Of a stretch of DNA of 64,000 nt, positions 38,396 to 48,279 are shown one piece after another. Origin of the DNA: Pirellulaceae bacterium (GTDB taxonomy: Bacteria; Planctomycetota; Planctomycetia; Pirellulales; Pirellulaceae). A model generated the notes under the pieces. The model did not search any database. It was not told the origin of the DNA and was given only the letters and a program-made list of their open reading frames with translations. Made by a program: the position numbers and the translations under genes. The stretch covers positions 22 through 64,021 of the forward strand of contig JBAUHQ010000291.1 in NCBI GenBank assembly GCA_049680365.1, read 5' to 3'. Position 1 is the stretch's first letter. Each line of letters opens with the position of its first letter.

Positions 38396-39120
38396 ATTCG
38401 CTGGCATCCACCAACCGAACGAAGATTCTCCAACGTTTCGCCTGCTATGCAGTGGTCGCATTGGCACTGAAGATTCTGATCTTCATCATTATTGAATATC
38501 GCTTCTATTTCCCCGCCGACTTCGACGCAGCATTTCTAGTCGGCCGCGAGAAAATCTTTCACGGCGTTTATCGTTCCTCTTTCTATTTGCACCTTGTCAC
38601 GGGGCCAATCTGCATCCTTCTTGCCGTGCTTTTGGTGATAACGGGGCCGCGACGACGTGCCAGCCAGCGTGGCGTGTTTCGTCCAGCACACCGTATCGCG
38701 GGTCGCGTCCTAGCGGTGCTGGTGTTGTGCTGCTTGCTGCCCACCGGACTGGTCATGGCGCAGCATGCCCTGGCAGGACCAATCGCTGCATTGGGATTTA
38801 CGATGCTGTCACTGGCAACCGCAGCAACGATGTGCCTAACGATTGCCACTGCGATTCAGCACAACATTTCCGCTCATCGCCGCTGGGCTACTCGGTGCTT
38901 CATTTTGCTGATGTCGCCCTTGTTCTTGCGATTTGTGTCGGGCGCATTGCAAGTGACAAACTTGGAGTCTGATTTGACATACCGGCTGAACGCTTGGCTC
39001 AGTTGGTTGGTGCCACTGATTGCCTACGAATGCTGGAGGCTGTTGTCAGCGATTCGCATGCCACGACGAAACACGCTTTCGAAACGATCTCCATCACCCC
39101 TTCAGGAGCTTGCCAGATGA
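38392..39120 (+). CDS. DUF2306-like membrane protein
   Basis: The pattern YLHLVTGP...PAHRIAGRVL...SAHRRWATRCF resembles the H...G / HR..GR / HRRWM.R pattern of DUF2306. ATGA overlaps occur at both ends. Confidence 0.55.
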   Translation: MNSLASTNRTKILQRFACYAVVALALKILIFIIIEYRFYFPADFDAAFLVGREKIFHGVYRSSFYLHLVTGPICILLAVLLVITGPRRRASQRGVFRPAHRIAGRVLAVLVLCCLLPTGLVMAQHALAGPIAALGFTMLSLATAATMCLTIATAIQHNISAHRRWATRCFILLMSPLFLRFVSGALQVTNLESDLTYRLNAWLSWLVPLIAYECWRLLSAIRMPRRNTLSKRSPSPLQELAR

Positions 39121-40202
39121 ACGTTCGCTTATCTCGCCGCTGCCGTTGCCAGGCATTCACATGGGTTGAACTACTGATTGTGATTGTCATTATCGGCGTT
39201 CTGCTCGGCTTGCTACTGCCGAATGTTCGAGTCTCCCGTGAGGCTGCGCGACGCATGTCCTGCGCGAACAACTTCAAATACATCGGCTTAGCCATGCACA
39301 ATTACCATTCGGCCTACAAGCAACTACCCATGGGAATGGGCGGAACCAATGGTGGAACAGAACTGCAAAGTAACCAAGGTCGTCTTAGCGGTCTTGTCGC
39401 GTTGATGCCATTTATTGAGCAACAAACTTTGTGGGAACAGATTTCCAGAGCGTCAAATTTCAATGGCGTCAAATACCCAGCGATGGGCCCCGCTCCCTGG
39501 GTCAGCCAATTTGATCCTTGGCAGACGCCGGTCGCGACATTGCTTTGCCCAAGTTCGCCTGCAGAGAGCAACAAGTTCGGAATGACAAACTATGCGTTGT
39601 GCATCGGCGACACGGCTCAAGAAATCCATCAAACGCAAACGGTTCGCGGGGTGTTTGCATGTGGTAAAGCGAATCGGTTTCGCGAGATTTTGGATGGCCT
39701 GAGCAATACGATCGCGATGACAGAAATTGGCACGCAGGTCGATCGAAGCGTTTGCGGCCAATACGCGGTCAAGCAGTCCGTTGACATTTTGAGTGATCCG
39801 GCAAGTTGCAAACAGCTTACGGACGAAGAACGACCCAACGTGTATGCAACCGAAACCCCTTTGTCGCAGTGGGGACGCGGTGGACGTTGGAATGATGGGT
39901 CGGCTGGGTTCACTTTGACCAATACGATCTTGCCGCCCAATTCGCCCAGTTGTGCGGTGGGTAGCGAAGTCGCTGTCGATGGAATCTATTCTGCCGGCAG
40001 CTACCACCAAGGCGGATGTCATGTTTTGATGAGCGATGGCGCGGTTGTTTTCATGACCGACAGCATCGAAGCTGGCGATAGCCACGCAGCAACGCTCACG
40101 CCAGAGCAGCTCGCAGAGCAACCGCTCAGCCCATACGGATTGTGGGGCGCAATGGGGACGGCGGCAGCGAAAGAAATGATCGAAGAAGCAAAGAATCAGT
40201 GA
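39117..40202 (+). CDS. DUF1559 protein with an N-terminal prepilin-type methylation/cleavage motif
   Basis: QAFTWVELLIVIVIIGVLLGLLLP, then SCANNFKYIGLAMHNYH, then the C-terminal SYHQGGCHVLMSDGAV. Confidence 0.85.
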   Translation: MNVRLSRRCRCQAFTWVELLIVIVIIGVLLGLLLPNVRVSREAARRMSCANNFKYIGLAMHNYHSAYKQLPMGMGGTNGGTELQSNQGRLSGLVALMPFIEQQTLWEQISRASNFNGVKYPAMGPAPWVSQFDPWQTPVATLLCPSSPAESNKFGMTNYALCIGDTAQEIHQTQTVRGVFACGKANRFREILDGLSNTIAMTEIGTQVDRSVCGQYAVKQSVDILSDPASCKQLTDEERPNVYATETPLSQWGRGGRWNDGSAGFTLTNTILPPNSPSCAVGSEVAVDGIYSAGSYHQGGCHVLMSDGAVVFMTDSIEAGDSHAATLTPEQLAEQPLSPYGLWGAMGTAAAKEMIEEAKNQ

Positions 40203-40205
40203 GTC

Positions 40206-41054
40206 ATGAAGTACTTTCCGTTTACAAGCAACCGCTTCGAGCATCAGTTTGGCATTCGGGCAATCCCTGCAGGCGAGACGATCGTTGAAGCGACGGATCT
40301 TTACGCAAATGAGATTCAGCAGAAACGCCAGCAACTTGATCGAGACACCAACAGCTACTTTGCAGCAACACCCGACTCATTGATGGCCCAGCGTGAAGCC
40401 GCAGCAATGATCGGGAACGCCGCTTCGTTTCTGACTCCCGATCACAACGACCTTATTGACGAGCCGATTGAGATCGATGATACCGCGCCGTTGTTGTCGA
40501 TCAGCCAACATGTCCAAGAAGATTTGGCAATCATGAGCGGCAATGCCGACGCCGGGTTTCCGCTGATCGCCGGGAGCATTTGCTTCCCCAATGGCTGGAG
40601 CGTCACGGAGAAGTTGGGTCAATCCCTCCTTGCGATTCACTCCCCCGTCCCGGAATACGCGAGTGTTCTTCATGCGGCGACGGAGCGGTTAATGAATGCA
40701 CTACGAAGCAATCGGCCCGTGTGGCGAATGAACTGGGGAATACGCCCCTCGGAGCAATTGGATCAATCAACGATTCATATTTCGATGCTCGATACAGCAC
40801 GCCAGCGCATCACGGCAGAGAACGCGGGTGAGACATGTTGGTTTCGTGTCGAGCGTCAAACACTTGCTCAACTGCCATCAACAAAAGCTGTCCTATTTAC
40901 GATTCACACGCATCAGTGCCCACTCGATGAACTGACTCGGTCGCAAAAAGAAACACTGCGAGGCGTTTTGCAATCGTGTCCCGTCGAAACGCTCAAGTAC
41001 AAAGGCATTTACCCAATGCTTGACGCCGTGACGACGTTCTTGAAATCAACGTGA
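40206..41054 (+). CDS. DUF3445 protein (heme-dependent oxidative N-demethylase alpha-subunit-like)
   Basis: VQEDLAIM...IAGSICFPNGWSVTEKLGQSLLAIHSPVPEY...PVWRMNWGI matches the conserved DUF3445 core as I recall it. Confidence 0.8.
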   Translation: MKYFPFTSNRFEHQFGIRAIPAGETIVEATDLYANEIQQKRQQLDRDTNSYFAATPDSLMAQREAAAMIGNAASFLTPDHNDLIDEPIEIDDTAPLLSISQHVQEDLAIMSGNADAGFPLIAGSICFPNGWSVTEKLGQSLLAIHSPVPEYASVLHAATERLMNALRSNRPVWRMNWGIRPSEQLDQSTIHISMLDTARQRITAENAGETCWFRVERQTLAQLPSTKAVLFTIHTHQCPLDELTRSQKETLRGVLQSCPVETLKYKGIYPMLDAVTTFLKST

Positions 41055-41076
41055 CAATTTTGAATTGTAGCCATCG

Positions 41077-42477
41077 CTATCGGTCAAGTGTCGATTTGTT
41101 TCGCAGGATGTGATGATAATGCTGTGCGAAGCGGTGAGATTCGTCTCGTACATACTGCAACAGACGCAGTGCAAATGCGTTCTTACTTAGCCGTAGCGGT
41201 TCGGAAATTCCGGGACGGAAAATTTCTTCATCACGTTTCGCCAACGAGATCAGCGTAGGCGGCGTAATATCCTGATCGCGAAACGCAGCCAGGGCAGCGT
41301 TCAACTGACCTTTGCCGCCATCGATCAACAAGATGTCCGGAAACGATTCACCCTCGTCGCTTAAACGGCGAAAGCGCCGCGAAACGACTTCGTAGATGCT
41401 GCGGAAATCGTCGACGCCTTTCACGTCCTTGATTCGATAACGGCGATACCCGGGTTTGAACGGTAGACCGTCGATGAACTGAACCAAACTGGCAACCGTT
41501 TCGCCGCCGCCCAAGTGTGCGATATCGACGCCTTCGATAATGCGAGGCGTTTCCTTCAGTTCCAATACCTTGCGCAATCCAGTCAGCCCCTTCTTTGGAT
41601 CAATGTAGAACACCTCGGGCTGTGCGTGCGTCTCCAGTTCGCCGCGCTCGTCCAGCTTTTGCAGCATGTTGATCTCGTCACGCAAAATCGCTGCTCGTTC
41701 GAAGTCCAGTTCCTTGCTGGCCGACAGCATCTCCTTTTGCATTTCGTTGAGCAGTTTTTTCTTGCCGCCTTCGAGAAACGTTTGCAATCGCTTGATGTCA
41801 CGGCGATAGTCTTCCTTGCTGATACGCAAATTGCAGGGTGCCGTGCATTGGTTGATGCTAGCCAGCAAACAAGGTCGAAACCATTTCCAACGTTCGTCCA
41901 ATTCGCTGATATCTAGCGAACAGGTACGGAACTTGAAAATCCTCTGCAAGACTTGAATCGCGCCTCGCAATGCACCCGCACTCGCGAAAGGACCGTACAG
42001 CTTCACGCCCGACGAACGTGGTTCTCGCGTCACTTCGACTCGCGGAAACTCTTCACGCGTCGTGATCATCAAGTACGGAAACGTTTTGTCGTCTTTCAGA
42101 TCTTTGTTGTGCTTGGGCTGAACGTCTTTGATCAGCCGCGACTCCATCAACAACGCGTCCACTTCGCTTTCGCAGTCGACAAAATCGATGTCCGCGATTT
42201 CGCCGATCCACGGCGCGGTGCGAGCGTCTTCGGAAGCCGCCTTTAGAAAGTAGCTGCCCGCACGACTGCGTAGATTCTTCGCTTTGCCCACGTAGATCAC
42301 CACGCCGGCAGCGTCTTTCATCAGATACACGCCGGGCGTCGTTGGAAACGTGCGCACCTTGGCCGCAGCGTGATCAAAACCAAGCTCGTTCGATGATTCG
42401 TCGTTATTTTCGATTTCAGCCACAGCTTCGTTCGATTGGTTTAGTAGAGACCTTGTGTACGGTATCGCCAACGGCAA
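41077..42477 (-). CDS. uvrC: Excinuclease ABC subunit C, short form
   Basis: GIY-YIG is seen as PGVYLMKDAAGVVIYVGKAKNLRSR. The UVR motif is DFERAAILRDEINML. The endonuclease-domain motif is RDESHRFAQHYH. The protein ends about 20 aa after that motif with no (HhH)2 tail. Confidence 0.85.
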   Translation of the reverse strand: MPLAIPYTRSLLNQSNEAVAEIENNDESSNELGFDHAAAKVRTFPTTPGVYLMKDAAGVVIYVGKAKNLRSRAGSYFLKAASEDARTAPWIGEIADIDFVDCESEVDALLMESRLIKDVQPKHNKDLKDDKTFPYLMITTREEFPRVEVTREPRSSGVKLYGPFASAGALRGAIQVLQRIFKFRTCSLDISELDERWKWFRPCLLASINQCTAPCNLRISKEDYRRDIKRLQTFLEGGKKKLLNEMQKEMLSASKELDFERAAILRDEINMLQKLDERGELETHAQPEVFYIDPKKGLTGLRKVLELKETPRIIEGVDIAHLGGGETVASLVQFIDGLPFKPGYRRYRIKDVKGVDDFRSIYEVVSRRFRRLSDEGESFPDILLIDGGKGQLNAALAAFRDQDITPPTLISLAKRDEEIFRPGISEPLRLSKNAFALRLLQYVRDESHRFAQHYHHILRNKSTLDR

Positions 42478-42496
42478 GCCTTTGGCAATGGACTCG

Positions 42497-45331
42497 CTAG
42501 AACGCCGCTGATTTCAACACCGTACCCGTACGGCTTTCAGCGACTTTGGCAATTTCCGCCGGCGTACCCTGGGCCACGATTCTTCCGCCATCGTCCGCCG
42601 CGCCGGGGCCCAGATCAACAATGTGATCGGCAGCTTGCATTAACAACGAATTATGCTCGACCACAATTAACGCATGCCCATCGGCCAGTAACGCATCGAA
42701 GCAATCGACCAACCGAACGATGTCGGCAAAGTGCAGACCGGTGGTTGGTTCGTCTAAAATAAATAACGTGCGCCGCCGCGTGCTGGACGCCAAGAACGCA
42801 GCCAGTTTCAAGCGTTGACCCTCGCCGCTGGACAAAGTTGTCGCCGGTTGCCCCAGTGCGATGTATTCCAAACCAACATCGATCAGTCGTTTCAGTCGAG
42901 CTTGAACTTTGACGTGTCCACGAAAAAACGAGAATGCTTCTCGGACCGTCATCGCCAACACATCGGCAATCGTTCGATCACGATACCGGACGTTCAAGAT
43001 CTCGTCTCGGTAACGCGTTCCACGGCAACCTGGACACGTCATCGATACGTTTGCCAAAAACTGCATGTCGATTTCCAACACGCCGGCACCTTCGCACTGT
43101 TCACATTGTCCCTTGGAACTATTGAAAGTGAAATGACCTGGCGTCAAACTTCGCGTGCGTGCTTCCACGCTTTCGGCGAATACCTTGCGAATCGGATCAA
43201 ACGCTTTGACGTAAGTCACTGGACAGCTTCGTGCACTGCGGCTGATGGGCGACTGATCGATCAGCAAGCAATCATCGAACTGGCTTAATCCGCCGATCGA
43301 TTTGTAGGGCAATGGCTTACCAGCTTCGCGAAGCTTTTCCAAGCGAATCGCTTCGAACAGTGTGTCTTGCACCAAACTGCTCTTACCGCTGCCAGACACG
43401 CCCGTCACCAAGCACAACACGCCCAACGGAAAATCGACGTCGATATTCTGCAGATTGTGTCCCGACGCGCCACGCAATTTCAAAGTACCGCGTGGTTTTC
43501 GTGGTTCGTGTTCTCGCAGCGACCAGCCTCGTTGTCCGGTCAAGAACTGCCCCGTGATGCTGTCCTTACATTTCAGCATCTGCTTGGGCGTGCCTTCGAA
43601 TGTGACTTCGCCGCCCGCCGTGCCCGCACCTGGTCCAATCTCGATCACATGGTCTGCCAATTTGATCAACGCTTCGTCATGCTCGACGACGATCACCGTA
43701 TTGCCGCGATCACGCAATCCAACAATCGCATCGGCTAACGGTTCCACGTCGGACGCGTGCAACCCGGCAGTGGGTTCATCAAGCACGTAGAGCATGTTGA
43801 CCAAGCTGCTGCCAAGTGCCGACGTCAATGCGACTCGCTGTGTTTCGCCTCCGGAGAGCGTGCGCAGGGTGCGGTCGAGCTGCAGATAGCCCAGCCCGAC
43901 GGTTTGCAAATAGCCAATGCGATCACGAATCTGTGAAAGCGGCTCGGCAGCGACCTTCTTTTCTCGCGTGGGGAGTTCTAGCGAAGCAAAAAACGCGTCG
44001 GCTTCGTCCGCCTGCATGTGCAAGCAATCGGCGATGCTGTTTTCGCCAATCCGGTACGCCAACGCTTCCGGCTTGAACCGTTTTCCGTCGCACATTTCGC
44101 ACTGCCGGTAGCTGCGAAAACGCGACGCAAAAATGCGGACGTGCATCTTGTATTTCTTGCGATCCAGCCAAGCGAAAAACCCATCCAAGCCGCCGAACTC
44201 CCGTTCCGGCACGCCACGCTGGATCAGTCGTAAGTGCTTCGCTTTCAGTTTCGAATAGGGCACGTCGACTGGCAAATCGTAGTCTGCAGCGAGCGCCAAC
44301 AACTCATCCAGTTCGTGGCTGTAGGCTGGCGTATTCCAAGCCGCTATGGCGCCTTCGGCCAGCGTCAGTGATTTATCAGGAACGACCAAGTCCATGTCGA
44401 CATCAACAATGTCACCAAACCCTTCACACAGCGGGCAGGCTCCCAGCGGGTTGTTGAAATTGAACAAACGTGGCACTGGATCGGGGTAATCCAAATCGCA
44501 GTTGTCACAGCGGCGATCACGACTGAGCCGACGTTGGTTCCAAACGCGACCATCAATCTCGACAGGGTTGGCGACTGCGCCGTCTGCTGTTTCGCTCAGC
44601 ACGATCGCGCGACCGTGGCCTTCATGCATCGCCGTTTCTAACGATTCGGTCAGTCGCGTTAGCTCAGCGTCCGCACCTACGCGGTCAACGACCACAATGC
44701 ACTCGACACCTTTTTTGCCGACCTTTTTTGCCAAAGCCGATCGATCCGAATCGGACAAATGAAATGTCTGTCCGCCAACGATTAGTCGGACATAGCCATC
44801 TTGTTGCAGACCCAACAGTATTTCGCTGGCCGATTTGCGATCCGGCAACCAAATCGGAAACGCGATCATGGCGCGGCCGCTGAGAGCAGGGTCACCGGGC
44901 GATTCGAGCATTTGCTGTGCAACAATTGCAGGATCGTCACTTTCGACTTCCGCGCCACAGGAATAACACACCAACCGGCTTGCTTTGGAAAACAGCAACC
45001 GCAAGTGATCAGCGATCTCGGTGCTGGTACCAACCGTGCTGCGATTCGTTTTCGACCCTCCAGCGCGCGTGACGGCGATTGCCGGTGGAATCCCAATGAT
45101 CTGATCGCAGGCGGGTTTGTCCAGCCGCTGCAAAAACTGCCGGGTGTAAGCAGAAAAACTCTCGATGTAACACCGTTGACCTTCTGCGTAGAGCGTGTCC
45201 AGTGCAAGCGAGGTTTTGCCGCTGCCTGAAAGTCCGCAAATCGCGATCAGCTTGCCGCGTGGAATATCAACATCGATGTTCTGTAAATTGTGAACACGAC
45301 AACCGCGGACCGAGATGACTTCTGATTTCAA
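42497..45331 (-). CDS. uvrA: Excinuclease ABC subunit A
   Basis: 944 aa with two ABC modules (GLSGSGKTSL and GVSGSGKSSL; LSGGE/LSSGE signatures) and Zn-finger Cys pairs. Confidence 0.9.
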   Translation of the reverse strand: MKSEVISVRGCRVHNLQNIDVDIPRGKLIAICGLSGSGKTSLALDTLYAEGQRCYIESFSAYTRQFLQRLDKPACDQIIGIPPAIAVTRAGGSKTNRSTVGTSTEIADHLRLLFSKASRLVCYSCGAEVESDDPAIVAQQMLESPGDPALSGRAMIAFPIWLPDRKSASEILLGLQQDGYVRLIVGGQTFHLSDSDRSALAKKVGKKGVECIVVVDRVGADAELTRLTESLETAMHEGHGRAIVLSETADGAVANPVEIDGRVWNQRRLSRDRRCDNCDLDYPDPVPRLFNFNNPLGACPLCEGFGDIVDVDMDLVVPDKSLTLAEGAIAAWNTPAYSHELDELLALAADYDLPVDVPYSKLKAKHLRLIQRGVPEREFGGLDGFFAWLDRKKYKMHVRIFASRFRSYRQCEMCDGKRFKPEALAYRIGENSIADCLHMQADEADAFFASLELPTREKKVAAEPLSQIRDRIGYLQTVGLGYLQLDRTLRTLSGGETQRVALTSALGSSLVNMLYVLDEPTAGLHASDVEPLADAIVGLRDRGNTVIVVEHDEALIKLADHVIEIGPGAGTAGGEVTFEGTPKQMLKCKDSITGQFLTGQRGWSLREHEPRKPRGTLKLRGASGHNLQNIDVDFPLGVLCLVTGVSGSGKSSLVQDTLFEAIRLEKLREAGKPLPYKSIGGLSQFDDCLLIDQSPISRSARSCPVTYVKAFDPIRKVFAESVEARTRSLTPGHFTFNSSKGQCEQCEGAGVLEIDMQFLANVSMTCPGCRGTRYRDEILNVRYRDRTIADVLAMTVREAFSFFRGHVKVQARLKRLIDVGLEYIALGQPATTLSSGEGQRLKLAAFLASSTRRRTLFILDEPTTGLHFADIVRLVDCFDALLADGHALIVVEHNSLLMQAADHIVDLGPGAADDGGRIVAQGTPAEIAKVAESRTGTVLKSAAF

Positions 45332-45523
45332 CGGATGGCTGACGATGGAGTAGGGCGAGTTAGCGGAGTCGGCAAATGGTAAGGTTTATGAGGGCCGCGC
45401 GGAAGTATCGCTGAAAATGTATGCGTAATAGCTTACGCCGACGGCAACCAAAGCTCGCTTGCCAATCGGACAGCAAACCAGGACGATATTGCTTTGATCA
45501 AAGACGCCAGAACACGTATTGCC

Positions 45524-47596
45524 ATGTCTAATTCAGTAAATCCGAAAGCCGCCAAACGAGTCGACGAACTGCGCAGCGAGATCCGTCGTTTGGATCACCT
45601 GTATTACGTCGAAGCGACACCCGCGGTCACAGACCTAGAATACGACAAGCTGCTCAACGAATTGAAGCAACTGGAACAAGAGCACCCCTCATTGCGATCG
45701 GCCGATTCACCGACGCAGCGAATTGGTGACGCGCCGGTCGAACACTTGGTGCAAGTGCCGCACACCGTGCCGATGCTGTCGATCGACAACACGTATAGCC
45801 GCGAAGAACTGCAGGCATATTTCGACCGCACGGAGAAGTCGCTGGAAGGGGAAGCGATCCAGTGGGTGATGGAGTACAAAATCGATGGCGTGGCCGCGTC
45901 GATTCGCTACGAAGAAGGATCGATGACGATGGCCGTAACTCGTGGCAACGGCGCTGTCGGCGACGACATTACGCACAACATTCGCACCATCCGTGACTTG
46001 CCGCTTCGCACCAACGGAAAGTCCGCACCGAAAATCCTGGAAGTTCGCGGCGAAGTCTACATGACCAACGCCGACCTTGCTGACTTAAACCTACGTCAAG
46101 CCGAGGCCGGCGCCGAACCGTACAAAAACACTCGCAATGTTACCGCTGGCACAATACGCCTGCTGGATCCATCGATCGCGGCGGAACGCAACTTGCGATT
46201 CTTCTGTCACGGCGTGGGCGAAATCGATGGATTGAAAGCGACCACACACATGGAGTTTTTGAAGGAAGTCGGCGGACTGGGGATTCCGCCCACTCCCGAA
46301 GTACGACTTTTCAAAGACTCCAAAGCAGTCATGAAGGCGATGGCGGAACTGGAAGAAGAGGGAATGCCAGATTTGGCGTTCGAGGTTGATGGGATCGTTT
46401 TTAAAGTCAACGATTTCGATCAACGCGAACGGCTAGGCATCCGCAGCAAGAGCCCTCGCTGGTTGATCGCGTACAAGTTTGAACGTTATGAAGCCGTGAC
46501 GAAACTGGAGTCGATCAGCGTGCAAGTTGGCAAGACGGGCGCGATCACACCGGTCGCGCATTTGACACCGATCGATATCGCCGAAACAACGGTTTCAAGA
46601 GCTTCGCTGCACAATGCGGATGAAATCGAACGACTGGACGTTCGCGTCGGCGACACGGTCGTGGTCGAAAAGGCCGGCAAGATCATTCCCAAAGTCGTCC
46701 GTGTTGAAAAACACATGCGCACCAGCGATTTGCCTGTTTTTAAGTTTCCAACGCATTGCCCTGAGTGCGATACGGAATTGGTGCGTGACGAAGGCGGGGT
46801 TTACATTCGTTGCCCCAGTCCACTGTGCCCGGCCCAACTAAAACAACGCCTGATCTATTTCGGTTCGCGACCGGGAATGGACATCGATGGTCTGGGCGAT
46901 GAATTTGTCGATCTGTTGTTGGGTCGCGAATTGGTTTCCAGCTATGCGGACCTGTATCGCTTGAAAGTTGATCAGATCGCCGACTTGAATTGGATGAAGC
47001 AACGGAAGGGCAAAGGCGACGAGATGATCGATGTCCAAGTCGGACTTCGAAACGCAAAGAAACTGATCGCAGGGATCGACGAGAGTCGTGAGCGAGGACT
47101 GGCCCGAGTGCTTTCGTCGATCACGATTCGGCACGTCGGTCCGCGAGTGGCGAAATTGATCACCCGCAAATACAACACACTTGAAAAGCTACGCGCCGCG
47201 TCGACGGAGGACTTGGCAGCGATCCACGAAATCGGTGATGCGATCGCAAAGAGTCTGTACGAATTCATGCACAGCGAATTCGGAATCGCCACGATGGACG
47301 ATTTGGCCGATGCTGGCGTCAAATTGTCCGATCCGGAACCAGAGCAAACCCAAGGCGGCAGTTTGTTGGAAGGCAAAAAACTGGTCGTCACTGGGACGTT
47401 GCAACACTACAAACGCGATGAAATCAAAAAGCTGATCGAAGACTTAGGCGGCCGAGCGTCCAGCAGCATCAGCAAGAGCACGGACTTTCTGGTGGCCGGC
47501 GAAAAAGCAGGCAGCAAACTGGCCAAAGCGGAAGAATTGGGCGTGAAGGTTTTGACCGAAGAAGAGTTCCGGCAGATGGTTTCAGATGATGCTTGA
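45524..47596 (+). CDS. ligA: NAD-dependent DNA ligase
   Basis: The adenylation motif is EYKIDGVA. A Zn finger (CPECDTELVRDEGGVYIRCPSPLCPAQ), HhH repeats and a C-terminal BRCT domain (GKKLVVTGTL) follow. Confidence 0.92.
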   Translation: MSNSVNPKAAKRVDELRSEIRRLDHLYYVEATPAVTDLEYDKLLNELKQLEQEHPSLRSADSPTQRIGDAPVEHLVQVPHTVPMLSIDNTYSREELQAYFDRTEKSLEGEAIQWVMEYKIDGVAASIRYEEGSMTMAVTRGNGAVGDDITHNIRTIRDLPLRTNGKSAPKILEVRGEVYMTNADLADLNLRQAEAGAEPYKNTRNVTAGTIRLLDPSIAAERNLRFFCHGVGEIDGLKATTHMEFLKEVGGLGIPPTPEVRLFKDSKAVMKAMAELEEEGMPDLAFEVDGIVFKVNDFDQRERLGIRSKSPRWLIAYKFERYEAVTKLESISVQVGKTGAITPVAHLTPIDIAETTVSRASLHNADEIERLDVRVGDTVVVEKAGKIIPKVVRVEKHMRTSDLPVFKFPTHCPECDTELVRDEGGVYIRCPSPLCPAQLKQRLIYFGSRPGMDIDGLGDEFVDLLLGRELVSSYADLYRLKVDQIADLNWMKQRKGKGDEMIDVQVGLRNAKKLIAGIDESRERGLARVLSSITIRHVGPRVAKLITRKYNTLEKLRAASTEDLAAIHEIGDAIAKSLYEFMHSEFGIATMDDLADAGVKLSDPEPEQTQGGSLLEGKKLVVTGTLQHYKRDEIKKLIEDLGGRASSSISKSTDFLVAGEKAGSKLAKAEELGVKVLTEEEFRQMVSDDA

Positions 47597-47598
47597 GA

Positions 47599-48207
47599 TC
47601 AAACGTCCTTAAGTGCTTGAACAGCGTTGCGTGCGCGTTCCAAAAATTGGTTCTTTGGCTCACCTGCTTCTAAGAAGATCGGTGCCCCAATCGTGATGCA
47701 ACTCAACAGCGGAACGGGCAGGAATTCGCCTCGCGGCAGAATGCGATTTACATTGTCGATGTAGACGGGCACCAATTCCAAGTCAGGGCGTTTTTTGCCC
47801 ATGTAATACAGGCCGCTTTTGAATTTCCCCATCTCTTCTTCGCCTGATGACCGAGTCCCTTCAGGGAACACGATCAGCGAATAGACATCGCCCATTTGTT
47901 CCAGCATGATGTCAATTGGACTTCGGTGAACTTTGATTTCCTTGCGGTCAATCAACAGTGCATTGAAGCTTTTCGCCATATGCGGCTTCAACCAGCCCTT
48001 TGTCCAGTAATCTTTCGCCGCCACAGGCCGCGTAATGTTGCGAAGATTGCGCGGCAACGCCGACCAAAGAACGACGGCGTCCAAATGGCTGGTGTGATTG
48101 GCAAAGTAGATCCGTTGGCAAGTCTCCGGTTGGCAATCAATCCAACGAACCGTGAAACCGCTAAACAGCCTTGCCAAGATGACAATGAACTGACTGGTAA
48201 TGTTCAT
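47599..48207 (-). CDS. plsC: 1-acyl-sn-glycerol-3-phosphate acyltransferase
   Basis: NHTSHLD (Hx4D) and FPEGTRS motifs. 202 aa. Confidence 0.8.
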   Translation of the reverse strand: MNITSQFIVILARLFSGFTVRWIDCQPETCQRIYFANHTSHLDAVVLWSALPRNLRNITRPVAAKDYWTKGWLKPHMAKSFNALLIDRKEIKVHRSPIDIMLEQMGDVYSLIVFPEGTRSSGEEEMGKFKSGLYYMGKKRPDLELVPVYIDNVNRILPRGEFLPVPLLSCITIGAPIFLEAGEPKNQFLERARNAVQALKDV

Positions 48208-48279
48208 GACCGTATTCTAGTTCGCCACGACGTTCGTGCGAAGATAGGCACGACCGGGGACGAACAACACTCGGCGCAA

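Noticed and set aside
39453-40334. 293-aa ORF antisense to the DUF1559 gene
   Set aside because: It is antisense to a gene with strong family motifs, and it is Arg/Cys-rich with no features.
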